A stretch of DNA of 64,000 nt from an uncultured Planctomycetota bacterium (GTDB taxonomy: Bacteria > Planctomycetota > Planctomycetia > Isosphaerales > Isosphaeraceae): contig CAWGMQ010000011.1 in NCBI GenBank assembly GCA_963823665.1, positions 544,001 to 608,000 of the forward strand, in the 5' to 3' direction. A model generated the notes under the pieces. It was not told where the DNA came from, made no database searches, and saw only the letters and a program-made list of their open reading frames with translations. The position numbers and the translations under genes are program-made. Positions 10,459-20,576 of this stretch are shown piece by piece. Every line of letters begins with the position of its first letter. Position 1 is the first letter of the stretch.

Positions 10459-11724
10459 ATGCAATCGAGCCGTCGCCAGTTCTTGCAGCGCTCGGCCGCT
10501 CTTCCTCCAAGCTGGATGGCGTTCGCAACGGCCCTCGCGGCCGCGCGAACGACGCGAGCCGTCGCCGATGGGGGTTCGGATGAACTGCAGTGGCAACTTG
10601 TCCGACGACAGTTTCCGCTCGAAGACGGCCTGATCTACCTGAACGCCGCCAACGTCTGCCCGGTTTCGCGCCCGGTCCTCGATCGGTACGCTTCATTCTT
10701 GCGCGACTTCCAGGCCAACCCTTCTTTTCAGAATCGCGACAAGTACCACGCGCTTCGGGAATCGGTCCGCTCCAAGCTGGCTGCCCTTCTCGGCGTCTCG
10801 GCCGACGAGGTTGCCATCACTCGCAACACCAGCGAAGGCTCCAATCTCATCGTCCGCGGAATCGACCTCAAGCCCGGAGACGAAATCGTCATCACCGACC
10901 ACAACCATCCCTCGAACAATGAGAGCTGGAAGCTTCGCGCCCGCCGCGACGCCTTGGTGATCAGAAGTGTTCCAGCGCCCGTCCCGGCGCAGTCGCCCGA
11001 GCAACTGGTCGCCGGCATCGAGAAAGCCTTGAGCCCGCGCACGCGCGTGATAGCGCTCACCCATTTGACCAGCACCTGCGGCCTTCGATACCCTATCAAG
11101 CCAATCGCTGAGCTGGCCCGACGGCGCGACATTTTCCTGCATGTCGACGGCGCACAGTCGCTCGGCGCAAGCGACGTGAATCTCAGGAACCTCGGCTGCG
11201 ACTCATTCTCGGCCAGTGCACACAAGTGGCCGATGGGCCCTCTTGAAGCCGGGATTCTCTTCGTGCGCACCGAGCGGATCCCATCAGTCTGGCCGTCGAT
11301 TGTCTCGGCGGGCTGGAGCGACCAGCTCAAAGGCGCCAGGAAGTTCGAGTCGGTCGGCCAGCAGGATGACCCCCGAGTGGTCGCCCTGGAAGCGGCCCTG
11401 GACCTGCTCAACCTGATCGGTATCCGGCAGGTCGAAGCCCGAGTGCAGGCACTGGCTGGTCGCGTCAAACATTCGCTGTCAGAACTGGCGAACGTGGAAC
11501 TGAAAACGAATCTCGAGCCCGAACTCTCAGGCGGGGTAGTCAAGTTCAGACTCAAGAACATGCCCACTGCGCAAGCCTACGACGTGCTCTGGAAACGGCA
11601 TCGCCTGGCGATTGCGATGACCGGCGGAGGCGATTCGGAAGGACTGCGATTCTCGCCCCATATCTATAACACCGTCGACGAGATCGACCGCGCCGTAGCC
11701 GCCGTTCGCGAGCTCTCCGGATGA
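10459..11724 (+). CDS. Class V PLP-dependent aminotransferase (isopenicillin N epimerase/cysteine desulfurase-like) with probable Tat signal
   Basis: SRRQFL Tat motif; YLNAAN, TRNTSEG, HVDGAQ, SAHKW (PLP lysine), LRFSPHIYN. Confidence 0.9.
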   Translation: MQSSRRQFLQRSAALPPSWMAFATALAAARTTRAVADGGSDELQWQLVRRQFPLEDGLIYLNAANVCPVSRPVLDRYASFLRDFQANPSFQNRDKYHALRESVRSKLAALLGVSADEVAITRNTSEGSNLIVRGIDLKPGDEIVITDHNHPSNNESWKLRARRDALVIRSVPAPVPAQSPEQLVAGIEKALSPRTRVIALTHLTSTCGLRYPIKPIAELARRRDIFLHVDGAQSLGASDVNLRNLGCDSFSASAHKWPMGPLEAGILFVRTERIPSVWPSIVSAGWSDQLKGARKFESVGQQDDPRVVALEAALDLLNLIGIRQVEARVQALAGRVKHSLSELANVELKTNLEPELSGGVVKFRLKNMPTAQAYDVLWKRHRLAIAMTGGGDSEGLRFSPHIYNTVDEIDRAVAAVRELSG

Positions 11725-12390
11725 GTGCCACTCGCAGACCGAGGGCTTCGATGCCGAGATTGGAAAGCCGAACTTCGTCGTCACGGCGATCATGGCCCAC
11801 GAGCTCTGTCACACACTCCAGGGCCTCAGAAACTACCCGCTTCCAACGGTTCTCAAAGAGCTGCACGCCGACTTCCTGGCTGGCTGGGCGGTCAAGTACC
11901 TTCAAAGGGTCGGCAGCGCCCGATGTCGACGAGACCAAAATCTTCGGGTCGTTCTACAACAAGGGCGACGTTGAGTTCAACAACGAGCAACACCACGGCA
12001 CCAAAAAGGAACGCCTCGATGCCTTCCTCGCAGGCTTTGAGATCGAGGAAGATGACGTCAATGTGGCGTTCGACCGGGGTGACGTGTATGTCAGAAATCT
12101 ACGGATCCGAGACGCGCGGGAGTATTTCGCCAGGAACCTCAGCGTGTACTACGTGGCTGTCGGCAGCCCCGACGGCACATTTGGACTGAAGGTCACCCGC
12201 CCCCCCCGCAGCAGACTCGCCCGTCGGCCGAGGCGGGATCGAGGTTGGCGACGTGATCGTCTCGCTCGACGAACTGCCGATTCGAACTCCCGATGACGTC
12301 GCGAGGCACTTTGGGACCACTACCGTCGTGGTGATCGACGTCAGAACTGGGCAACCCCAGCGAACCGTCATCGAGCTTCCGCAACCCTGA
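11725..12390 (+). pseudogene. 5'-truncated zinc metallopeptidase + PDZ domain fragment with two frameshifts
   Basis: AHELCH...ELHADFLAG and HHGTKKERL motifs; C-terminal GIEVGDVIVSLD PDZ-like part; no N-terminus, abuts the aminotransferase stop. Confidence 0.6.
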
Positions 12391-13306
12391 TGGATGGAGA
12401 GAGCGGCCGGGGATCCCAGACACCCATCCTTTGTCTCAGGGATCCCAGACACCCATCCTTTGTCTCACGGCCCCCGCATCCATTCATTCGCGGCTCGCAC
12501 GCTCGGCGGAATACCACGGGATCCCAGACACCCATCCTTCGGGATCCCAGACACCCATCCTTTGTCTCACGGCCCCCGAATCCACTCATTAGCGGCTCGC
12601 ACGTTCGGCGCAAAACCACGGCCTCTGGTCATTTCCAACACGCAGAAGGCCAGTGCCCGACGCTCGGCAAACGGTGGGTGTCTGACATCCCTCTGACATC
12701 CCCGACGTTCGGCAAAAGGTGGGTGTCTTTGCGTCAGGAAAGCTCGAGAAAGGAGGAAGTGCCTCGAAACACAGAAACCTTTCATCGCGACCCTGCGGGT
12801 TAACGAATCCCGCCCGGCAGAGCCTGGCCGGCAGCCGGAAGCAAGTCTTGCGTGGGGAGGGGTGACCCTCACTGCGAAGCGTAGACAGCGAGTCTCCATG
12901 CCATGCTATCGAGCCCCGAAATACTCATCGTGGGAGCCTCCGTTGTAGACACAAGCGGGGGCCGTGTCGACACGCCGCAATGGCCTGGCGTGTTCGGTCC
13001 TGCCGGGGTCCAAGAACATGGCGCAGGGACGCGAGGGTTGCTCGGGAACCTGAGAGCCCCATCCGTCTCCACTGACATTTCCGGCTCGGGAACCGGAATA
13101 CCAACTCCCCGGCCCACGACCCCGCGTCGGGTCGCTGGGAGCGAACAGGACGCAAGGGTGGTATCGCCACACGAAGGCAACGAAGTGCGGCGAAAGGGGC
13201 GGATGGGAGTCGGAGCGTCTCGTAGTACCGTTGAAGCCGGGGAACCACTCCGAGGGACCCGGTGGAGGGAAGGAGACGCCATGTCACACAACCGTTGGAG
13301 GGAAAC

Positions 13307-14658
13307 ATGGCGGGTGCATCGGAACCCGTGGACGTGTCCACGAAACAACAACGGATAGCGGAACTCGCTCGGCGAAGCCCGGAGATGGGATTCACATCCC
13401 TGGGGCACTTCATCGACCTCGATTGGCTGCTCACAGCTTACTACCGGACCCGCCAAGACGGGGCGGTGGGCGTAGACGGACAAGATGGCGAGGCCTACGC
13501 AGCGAACCTGGTCCCGAACCTACGGTCGCTGCTGGAACGAGCCAAGTCCGGTACGTACCACGCACCGCCTGTGCGGCGAGTGCATATCCCCAAGGCAGGC
13601 TCAGCGACCGAAACCCGGCCACTGGGAATCCCGACCTTCGAGGATAAAGTGCTCCAGCGTGCTGTCGTGATGGTTCTGGAGGCGATATACGAGCAGGACT
13701 TCAAGAACTGCTCGCATGGCTTCCGGCCCGAGCGATCGGCACACACTGCGTCAGAGAGCCTGTGGCAACAGACGATGAACATGAAGGGCGGATGGGTAGT
13801 GGATGTGGACATTCGTAAGTTCTTTGACACGATTGACCACGGCCATCTACGCGACTTCCTCAAGCGTCGGGTGCGAGACGGAGTGCTGCTCCGGCTCATC
13901 GGCAAATGGCTCAATGCGGGCGTCTTCGAGAACGGGTGCGTTACGCACCCCGAAATGGGGTCGCCACAAGGGGGTGTGATCAGCCCGATCCTTTCGAATA
14001 TCTTCCTGCACTACGTGCTGGACGAGTGGTTCGAGCGGGAGGTTCAGCCTCGGATGATGGGCAGATCGTTCTTGATCCGCTATGCGGACGACTTCGTCAT
14101 GGTCTTCTCATGCGAGTCCGACGCACGGCGTGTGATGAATGTGTTGCCCAAACGCTTTGAGAAGTACGGCTTGACCATCCACCCGGACAAGACGCGGCTG
14201 GTGCCGTTCGAGCGGCCATCGGACCGTCCCAAACCGGAAGGCAGACCCACACGAACTCCACCAGGGACTTTCGACCTGCTGGCGTTCACCCATTACTGGG
14301 GTCGCTCCCGGCAGGGTCGCTGGGTGGTGAAGCGCAAGACGTCCAAAAGTCGATTTCGCCGCAGCCTGCGAACGTTGGCGGATTGGTGTCGCAAAATCGC
14401 CATCAACCGCTCAAGGTGCAGCACCGGATACTAGGTCAGAAACTGCTAGGCCACTATGCCTACTACGGAATCACCGGCAACTCCAAAATGTTGTCACGGT
14501 TTCGCAGTGGTGCCACCTGGCTCTGGCAGCACTGGCTGTCGCGCCGCGGGCGCGGCCGTCGGATGACATGGGAACGGTTCGCTCGGTTCCTGAAGCATAA
14601 ACCGCTTCCGGCAGCGATTGCGATCCACTCAGTATGCCGTCTCGTAGCGAACAAGTGA
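13307..14658 (+). CDS. ltrA: Group II intron reverse transcriptase/maturase without endonuclease domain; one-base frameshift at 14393-14396
   Basis: RPLGIPTFEDK, GFRP, DIRKFFD, GSPQGGVISP, RYADDF; X domain GHYAYYGITGN in the next frame; one extra A in the AAAA run restores RKNRHQP. Confidence 0.9.
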
Positions 14659-14705
14659 CATGACGAGCCGGGTGCCTTAATTGGGCAAGCCCGGATCTGT
14701 GGGAG

Positions 14706-17125
14706 TCGCGAAACGAAGCTGCGGATGAGTCTGTTATGACTGGATTTGCAACCAGGACATAACCCGATGTACGACCACCGGAACCCTACCAGGACGTGCG
14801 GCCGGAGCAATCCGACCGTGCGAAGCTCTTGGGACAACGTAACCTCACCTTCGGGTGGTTGGATATCCCGTGAGGGAATCCGGCGACTGCGAACGCCAAT
14901 GCGGTCGGGGGCCAGGGGTGGATGGCATGGCTAATCCAGGTGAACTGCCGATAAACGTCGTGAGATCCAACAAGCCAAAGGCGCTGAGAGGCTTGAACCA
15001 AAAAGGTACGTGGCCAGGTACAGTGGGATTTCCCATCCCCTGTCGTCGTCATCCGAGCCACCGGCGGAGAGGCAGAGCCTAAACCATCCGTGATTCATCC
15101 GTGGAACGTGGTAAGCCCGTCGCCCTCCCTTCGGGGTAGGACCGTCGTAAGGCGTCGCCGATGGGGCGGCGGGTGGAGGATGAGGGAGCAAGCCAATGCC
15201 GTTCGGTAGTCGATCGGATAGAGGGTGAGTCCTCCCACGGACGACATCCCCTCACCGCGAAAGCGGTGCCGACTTCCCTCAGGTGTTCCGTCACGAGAGA
15301 ACCTTGGCCAACCGACTCAGGGAGACAAGCAGATATGTCGGCGGCAGAAATGCTTGCTGGTGCGGCTCCCGAGCTTACGCCCGACTGGCACTCCATCGAA
15401 TGGAAGAAAGTCTGGCGCACAGTCCGTCGGCTCCAGGCGCGTATCGTGAAGGCTGTTGCGGAGGGCAGATGGAATAAGGTCAAGGCTCTGGTTTATCTGC
15501 TCACGCACTCGTTCAGTGGCCGGGCCCTGGCCATTTTGCGAGTCATCAGTAATTCGGGTGCGAAGACTCCCGGTGTGGACGGAGTTCTCTGGAACACACC
15601 GGAAGCCAAGTCGGCTGCTTTCAGCACTCTGCGTCGGCACGGTTACCAACCGCAACCGCTCCGCCGGGTGTACATTCCCAAAAGCAACGGCAAGCGACGT
15701 CCTCTCGGAATTCCCACCATGTCAGATCGAGCCATGCAGGCATTATACTTGCTAGGCCTCGATCCCATTGCGGAATCTCGAGCCGACGGCCATTCCTATG
15801 GCTTTCGGCTGGAACGTCGTTGTGCCGACGCCCTGGAACAATCTCATATTGTCTTGGGTAATCGGAGCGGTCCAGCATGGATTCTCGAAGGGGACATCAA
15901 AGCTTGCTTTGATCGCATCAGTCATGACTGGCTCTTGACGCACGTCCCCATGGACCGGCAGTTGCTCGGGCAATGGCTGAAAGTGGGTTTCCTGGAGAAG
16001 CACGCCTGGTTCGCCACCACGGAAGGAACACCTCAAGGCGGGATCATTTCACCCGTCCTGGCGAATTGGACTCTGGATGGACTGCAACGGCTGTTGGCGG
16101 AACAGTTCGCCGAGAAGCACGGGCGACAACGGAAGTTTAAAGTCCACCTGGTCCGCTATGCGGATGACTTCTTGATCACGGGCATCTCAAAGGAACTCCT
16201 CCGTGACCAAGTGCAACCTCTCGTGGCTCATTTCTTGAAGGAACGCGGCTTGGAACTTTCCCACGAGAAAACCCAGATCACGCATGTGGAGGATGGCTTC
16301 GATTTCTTGGGGCAGAATGTGCGACGCTATCGCTGCGGCAAGGTGTTCACCAAGCCGTCCTTGCGAAACGTGAAGACGTTCTTGAACAAGATACAGGAAA
16401 CGATCGACGGCTCGGGCAGCCTAACGGCAGGAGAGATGATCTGGCGTTTGAATCAGCAGATCAAGGGCTGGACCATGTACCACCGTTACGCGGCGAGCAA
16501 GCGCACTTTTACGTACGTGGATCACCGGATTTTCCAGAAATTGTGGCGTTGGTGTCGACGACGGCACCAGAACAAAGGCCGGAGGTGGATCAAGGAGAAA
16601 TACTTCCAGCAAGACGGTTACCGCCACTGGGTCTTCACCGGTACGCTGTTTGACCAGAAAGGCCAAGGCCGGCCGATCCAGTTGATGGAAGCAGCCAAAG
16701 TGAAGATCATTCGTTATGTGAAGATCCGGAGCGACGTGAATCCCTACGATCCGAAGTGGGAACTGTACCTGGAAGCACGACTGGGTTGGCAACTGAGCCA
16801 AACGCTGGCAGGTCGGGGTCGGATCGAATACTTATGGAAGGAACAAGAGGGACGATGCGTGGTCTGTGGTCAACCGCTGCGGATCGCAGAGGAAGACTTG
16901 CATCTCCACCATCGCATCTGGCGCAGCCGGGGCGGTTCTGGCACAGCCGACAACCTGGAGTTGTTGCATGCCAACTGTCATCGGCAGATCCATGTCCAAG
17001 AACGACTGACGAAAGCGGCCGCGTCCTGCGAGGGGCGTTCGTGAAGGCTTGAGCTGCATGAAGGGAAACTTTCACGTGCAGTTCTGAGGGGAGGGGGTGG
17101 CGGTAACGTCACCTCCTTACCCGGC
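14706..17125 (+). mobile_element. Inner group II intron (CL-like, IIB) inserted in domain VI of the outer intron
   Basis: Removing it restores GGGAG-CCTTGGGGGA-GCGA-TCCCCCAAGG-CGACCCGGC; it has its own DV (GAGCTGCATGAAGGGAAACTTTCACGTGCAGTTC, about 17051-17084) and DVI; putative EBS1 TTCCCA (15030-15035) pairs with TGGGAG. Confidence 0.9.
15335..17044 (+). CDS. ltrA: Group II intron RT/maturase with C-terminal HNH endonuclease
   Basis: [18 protein letters not shown]-terminal domain, [17 protein letters not shown] domain, CVVC...HLHH...[16 protein letters not shown] upstream of the ATG. Confidence 0.95.
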   Translation: MSAAEMLAGAAPELTPDWHSIEWKKVWRTVRRLQARIVKAVAEGRWNKVKALVYLLTHSFSGRALAILRVISNSGAKTPGVDGVLWNTPEAKSAAFSTLRRHGYQPQPLRRVYIPKSNGKRRPLGIPTMSDRAMQALYLLGLDPIAESRADGHSYGFRLERRCADALEQSHIVLGNRSGPAWILEGDIKACFDRISHDWLLTHVPMDRQLLGQWLKVGFLEKHAWFATTEGTPQGGIISPVLANWTLDGLQRLLAEQFAEKHGRQRKFKVHLVRYADDFLITGISKELLRDQVQPLVAHFLKERGLELSHEKTQITHVEDGFDFLGQNVRRYRCGKVFTKPSLRNVKTFLNKIQETIDGSGSLTAGEMIWRLNQQIKGWTMYHRYAASKRTFTYVDHRIFQKLWRWCRRRHQNKGRRWIKEKYFQQDGYRHWVFTGTLFDQKGQGRPIQLMEAAKVKIIRYVKIRSDVNPYDPKWELYLEARLGWQLSQTLAGRGRIEYLWKEQEGRCVVCGQPLRIAEEDLHLHHRIWRSRGGSGTADNLELLHANCHRQIHVQERLTKAAASCEGRS

Positions 17126-17318
17126 CCTTGGGGGAGCGATCCCCCAAGGCGACCCGGCGACATCCCTGACATCCCCTAAGCGTGATAAGTAAACGGCAGG
17201 GGAAGAGTCGGACGGTCGCTGGAAGCTAACTCCCACCGACGTAGTGACCCTAACGGCAGGCCCACCAGGTCGCCGTCGGCGGGGTGTAATTACAGCGCGA
17301 GCTCGTTATGATAAATCC

Positions 17319-17585
17319 ATGAACGAAACCCAAGCGGTGCGAAATCTAGACGGCCTGCTCGACCCTTTGAGCCACTGCCTCGACGACGAGTCAGCGCGAC
17401 GAGTGGTCGATTTCCAGGTCGACCCGAACGTGCAGGCAAGAGTCGACGTTCTCGCCGAACGCGCAAACGAAGGTCTCCTAACCGATGATGAGCGGTCTGA
17501 GTATGAGGCTTTCATCTCCGCGGCGCATGTGATCACAATCCTGAAATTGAAGGCCCGGCGAAATCTCAGTCGAACCGGTGCGTAA
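17319..17585 (+). CDS. Small antitoxin-like protein upstream of an HNH gene
   Basis: VQARVDVLAERANEGLLTDDERSEYE motif; next gene starts right after the stop. Confidence 0.7.
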   Translation: MNETQAVRNLDGLLDPLSHCLDDESARRVVDFQVDPNVQARVDVLAERANEGLLTDDERSEYEAFISAAHVITILKLKARRNLSRTGA

Positions 17586-17587
17586 CC

Positions 17588-17690
17588 GTGGACAAAGCCA
17601 CGCGGGACCTCGTCCGATCGCGAGCCAACGGACGCTGCGAGTACTGCCTACTCCGACAAGAACATGTCTCACTAACGCACCACATCGAAC
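17588..17690 (+). pseudogene. N-terminal fragment of an HNH endonuclease, truncated at a repeat half-site
   Basis: GTG-start frame reads MDKATRDLVRSRANGRCEYCLLRQEHVSLTHHIE and then runs into GGTGGGTGTCCGACATCC. Confidence 0.75.
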
Positions 17691-17708
17691 GGTGGGTGTC
17701 CGACATCC
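17688..17708 (+). repeat. Isolated right arm (half-site) R4 of the hairpin repeat
   Basis: AACGGTGGGTGTCCGACATCC, one mismatch to the consensus arm. Confidence 0.8.
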
Positions 17709-17806
17709 GCTAGAGAACTCCCAGCGCGCGTCCGGCATCGGTCGGTCACGTATCGTAGTCGCCGCTGTCCCACGGCTCGTAGAACGCCATGTACTTCCCC
17801 TCCTGG

Positions 17807-19468
17807 TCAAGGGTTCGCCACCAGGACCGGTACCTGCACACCCTGCCAGATCGCGTGGTCGACGTCGTCCTGCACGAAGGCCACGATGGCCAGGTCGTCG
17901 AGGTCGATCGGCGGGAGCGGGTTCGGGAACGATCGGCCTGCGCTGCCGGGGAACTTGTCGACATAATCCGTCTGGGCCTTTCGCACATCGGACAGCTTGA
18001 CCACGAGGTCGACCGAGGCCTTGCCTCCCTCGAGCGCCTTGCCCGGAACGCCGCCGGGGAACGCCCGAACGACGTTGTGGTGGAACCGAAGCTTGTTGCC
18101 GCCGGGATAGCGCACGGATTCCTCGACTAGCACGAGCCGGAGCCTGGGCTTGGCGCTGTTGGAGGCGCCTTCGGCCTTGGCGGTCGCGTTGATCTTGAGC
18201 GAGTCGCCGGTCCGGGTCGCGCTCAGGGTGATTTCCGCCTGCTTCGACGTCTCGAGGGCAGGGTCGATCAATCCCCGATACTGCGTGTATTTGGCCTCGG
18301 CGCGCTGCATCGGGCCGCCTCCACCGGCGGCCTGCTTGCCCTGGAAGAACGTGCTGGGCGTGCCCCGGATTTCGGTGCCGTAGTACTTCTGCCGGGCGAC
18401 GGTGTCGTCGTTGGTCAGAGGGTCGGGACCGGGAATGTGAAGGTGGTATTGCAGGCCAATGAACTCGGTTGGCTTGTACGACTTGAGCAGGGCGTCGAAA
18501 CCGACATCGGCTGCGACGCACGGGGGGCACTCGGCCCCGGTGAAGATCTCCATGACCACCACGCGCTCGGCCTTGGTGTTCTTGCGGCCGCCGAAGGTCT
18601 GGGGCTTGAACGGCGGGACCGTCTTGTGATACTCCTCGTCCAGCTTGGCGTCGAGCTCCTTGACCTTGGCAAGGTTGGCGTCGGCGAGGTCGATCTTGCC
18701 GGCGAGTCGAGCCGACCGGGCGAGCATCCCACTGATAGAGGCGCGCACCTCGAGGGGGGCGTCGGCGGGCAGCGCGGCCTCGGCCGCAACCGCGAGTTCG
18801 GTGGCGAGCCCGGCAAAGTCCTTCTTGTCCTGCAGAGCCCTTAACGCCCGGGTGCGGATGTCAGTCACCCATTCAGTCCCGTAAGGGATGGCGTCATTGG
18901 TCCAGTTTTCGACGTGCTTGCGAACCTCGGCCTCGGACAGGCCGGCCTTATCGGCCACGCTCAGCATCGAGGCATAAGCGACGGCGTTGTACGGCTCGCC
19001 GTTCTCATGAATCAAGGCCAGCAGCTTGGCCACCTTGGCCTTGCCATCGGCCTCGCGCATGGCCTCCGACACGTTGGGACGGCTGCCCGCGTTCGATAAG
19101 GGCGCGACCTTCTCGGCGTCGGTCTTCTCCAGCCGCGCCGGGTACTTCGATGTCGCGTAATTGACAACGCCGCGGGCCTTGCCATCCGGCCCCACCTTGC
19201 CACGGAACGAGAGTGCGACCCCGCTGCCGGGGAAGTTGAGCGTGACCGCGTCTCCCTCGATCTTCCCCTCGGCCTTGCGTTCGCCCAGCATGGCCTGGGT
19301 GCTGAGCGCGCTGCCGGAGAGCGCACCGTCCGAGGCTTTTTTGAGATCAACGATCAGGAACTCGTCGTACCCGAACGGCAAGACCACGAGCTTCCACTTG
19401 CCGGCGAGGTCGGGCGGGGCGGCACCTGTGAGGGCCAGGGCTAGAACGGCGGTCGCGAGTCTCCACAT
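17807..19468 (-). CDS. Secreted protein with C-terminal thioredoxin-like (Omp28-like) domain
   Basis: Signal peptide; VVMEIFTGAECPPC, YHLHIPGPDPL, GTPS. Confidence 0.8.
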   Translation of the reverse strand: MWRLATAVLALALTGAAPPDLAGKWKLVVLPFGYDEFLIVDLKKASDGALSGSALSTQAMLGERKAEGKIEGDAVTLNFPGSGVALSFRGKVGPDGKARGVVNYATSKYPARLEKTDAEKVAPLSNAGSRPNVSEAMREADGKAKVAKLLALIHENGEPYNAVAYASMLSVADKAGLSEAEVRKHVENWTNDAIPYGTEWVTDIRTRALRALQDKKDFAGLATELAVAAEAALPADAPLEVRASISGMLARSARLAGKIDLADANLAKVKELDAKLDEEYHKTVPPFKPQTFGGRKNTKAERVVVMEIFTGAECPPCVAADVGFDALLKSYKPTEFIGLQYHLHIPGPDPLTNDDTVARQKYYGTEIRGTPSTFFQGKQAAGGGGPMQRAEAKYTQYRGLIDPALETSKQAEITLSATRTGDSLKINATAKAEGASNSAKPRLRLVLVEESVRYPGGNKLRFHHNVVRAFPGGVPGKALEGGKASVDLVVKLSDVRKAQTDYVDKFPGSAGRSFPNPLPPIDLDDLAIVAFVQDDVDHAIWQGVQVPVLVANP

Positions 19469-19734
19469 GGTTGAACTCCTGGTGGGGGGACGGAAACGAG
19501 ATGCACCCAGTATCGAAATCGATCCGCCTTTTCGGGATCAGTCACTCTTATGCCCAGAACAGCCAGAGTAGCACCCCGCGGGCTGGTTTACCACGTCCAG
19601 GACCGCATTTCCCGTCGCGTTCAAGGATGAGCACCCGAGCACCCGAGCCGGGGACTGAGAAGCCCGTTGGCCGCGTCATTGCCGCCTTACCCGAAGGACC
19701 GCTGAAGCAAGTCTTGAGAAGGATGGCGGTCGCA

Positions 19735-19897
19735 GGGATTCCAGGGGATTCCAGACACCCATCCTTTTGTCACGGCCCTCCGCATCCACTCATTCGCGGC
19801 TCGCACGTTCGGCGCAAAACCACGGCCTCTGGTCATTTCCAACACGCATAAGGCTAGTACCCGACGCTCGGCAAACGGTGGGTTTCTGACATCCCCC
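19735..19897 (+). repeat. Hairpin repeat R5, intron-free, with altered target (GGGTTTCT)
   Basis: Complete unit with both arms; IBS1 changed from GTGTCT to GTTTCT. Confidence 0.9.
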
Positions 19898-19931
19898 TGC
19901 GAACGACGACGGCACCAGCAGCGGAACCCGA

Positions 19932-20576
19932 TTGTGGCTTCGTCCGGTCGGCTGGATGGCGGCCGGCGCGCTGGTCGGCCTGGCCGATGGGCTCTTCGCG
20001 CTGTCACCAAACCGGATGCGCAACGGCTTGATCGGCGGACTGGCCGGCGGCCTGATCGGAGGCATCCTCTTTGATCCGATCAAGGCGCTGGTGGCGCGGA
20101 CCGCCGGCGCGGGCGATCCGGCCCTCCCGTTCGAGATCACCAGCCGCGCGGCCGGGTTCGTCGCAGTCGGCCTCCGCATCGGCGCGGCGGTAGGGCTGAC
20201 GCACCTTTTGCTCAAGCACGCCCGGCTGACCGTCCTCGACGGCGACCGGCCCGGCCGGCAAGTGATCCTCACCGGCAGCGGCGCGACTCTGGGAAGCGAC
20301 CTGGGCGCCGGCCTCCCGTTCCTGCGCGACGCCGACCCGACCCTGCTGCCCACCCATCTGCGCATCGAGCGCAGCCGCGATGGCTCCTTCTCGCTCCTGG
20401 CCGCATCTCCGGCCGCCGATGCCGATGTCACCGTCGTGAAGCAAGGCATCCGCCAGATGCGTTCGCTATTAGACCAAAGTGCGAAAGGCATCAGTCTCGA
20501 ATCTGACGGCCAATCGAGCGAAGAGGATCACTTCGCGCGGGCAGTGCCCACAACCTGGTCTGACGTGACCGACTAG
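19932..20576 (+). pseudogene. Probably 5'-truncated membrane protein with FHA-like domain
   Basis: Gly-rich TM segments then ARLTVLDGDRPGRQVIL..TLGSD..HLRIER; begins just after R5 with no good start. Confidence 0.5.

Larger units (their letters stand above)
12729..17158 (+). mobile_element. RT-encoding group II intron (outer; endonuclease-minus, probably bacterial class E), interrupted by the inner intron
   Basis: First ~490 nt nearly identical to the ORF-less copies; DV at about 14665-14698; DVI split between 14705 and 17126. Confidence 0.9.
12409..17176 (+). repeat. Hairpin repeat R3 (multiply duplicated arms) hosting the twintron
   Basis: Four GGGATCCCAGACACCCATCC left arms at 12409-12560; duplicated right arms at about 12670-12728; resumes as GACATCCCTGACATCCCC at 17159-17176. 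Confidence 0.88.

Noticed and set aside
13307..17044. DGR, retron or other defence RT
   Set aside because: Both RTs have maturase domains and lie inside group II intron RNA with DV/DVI. I saw no template/variable repeat pair with adenine-specific changes.
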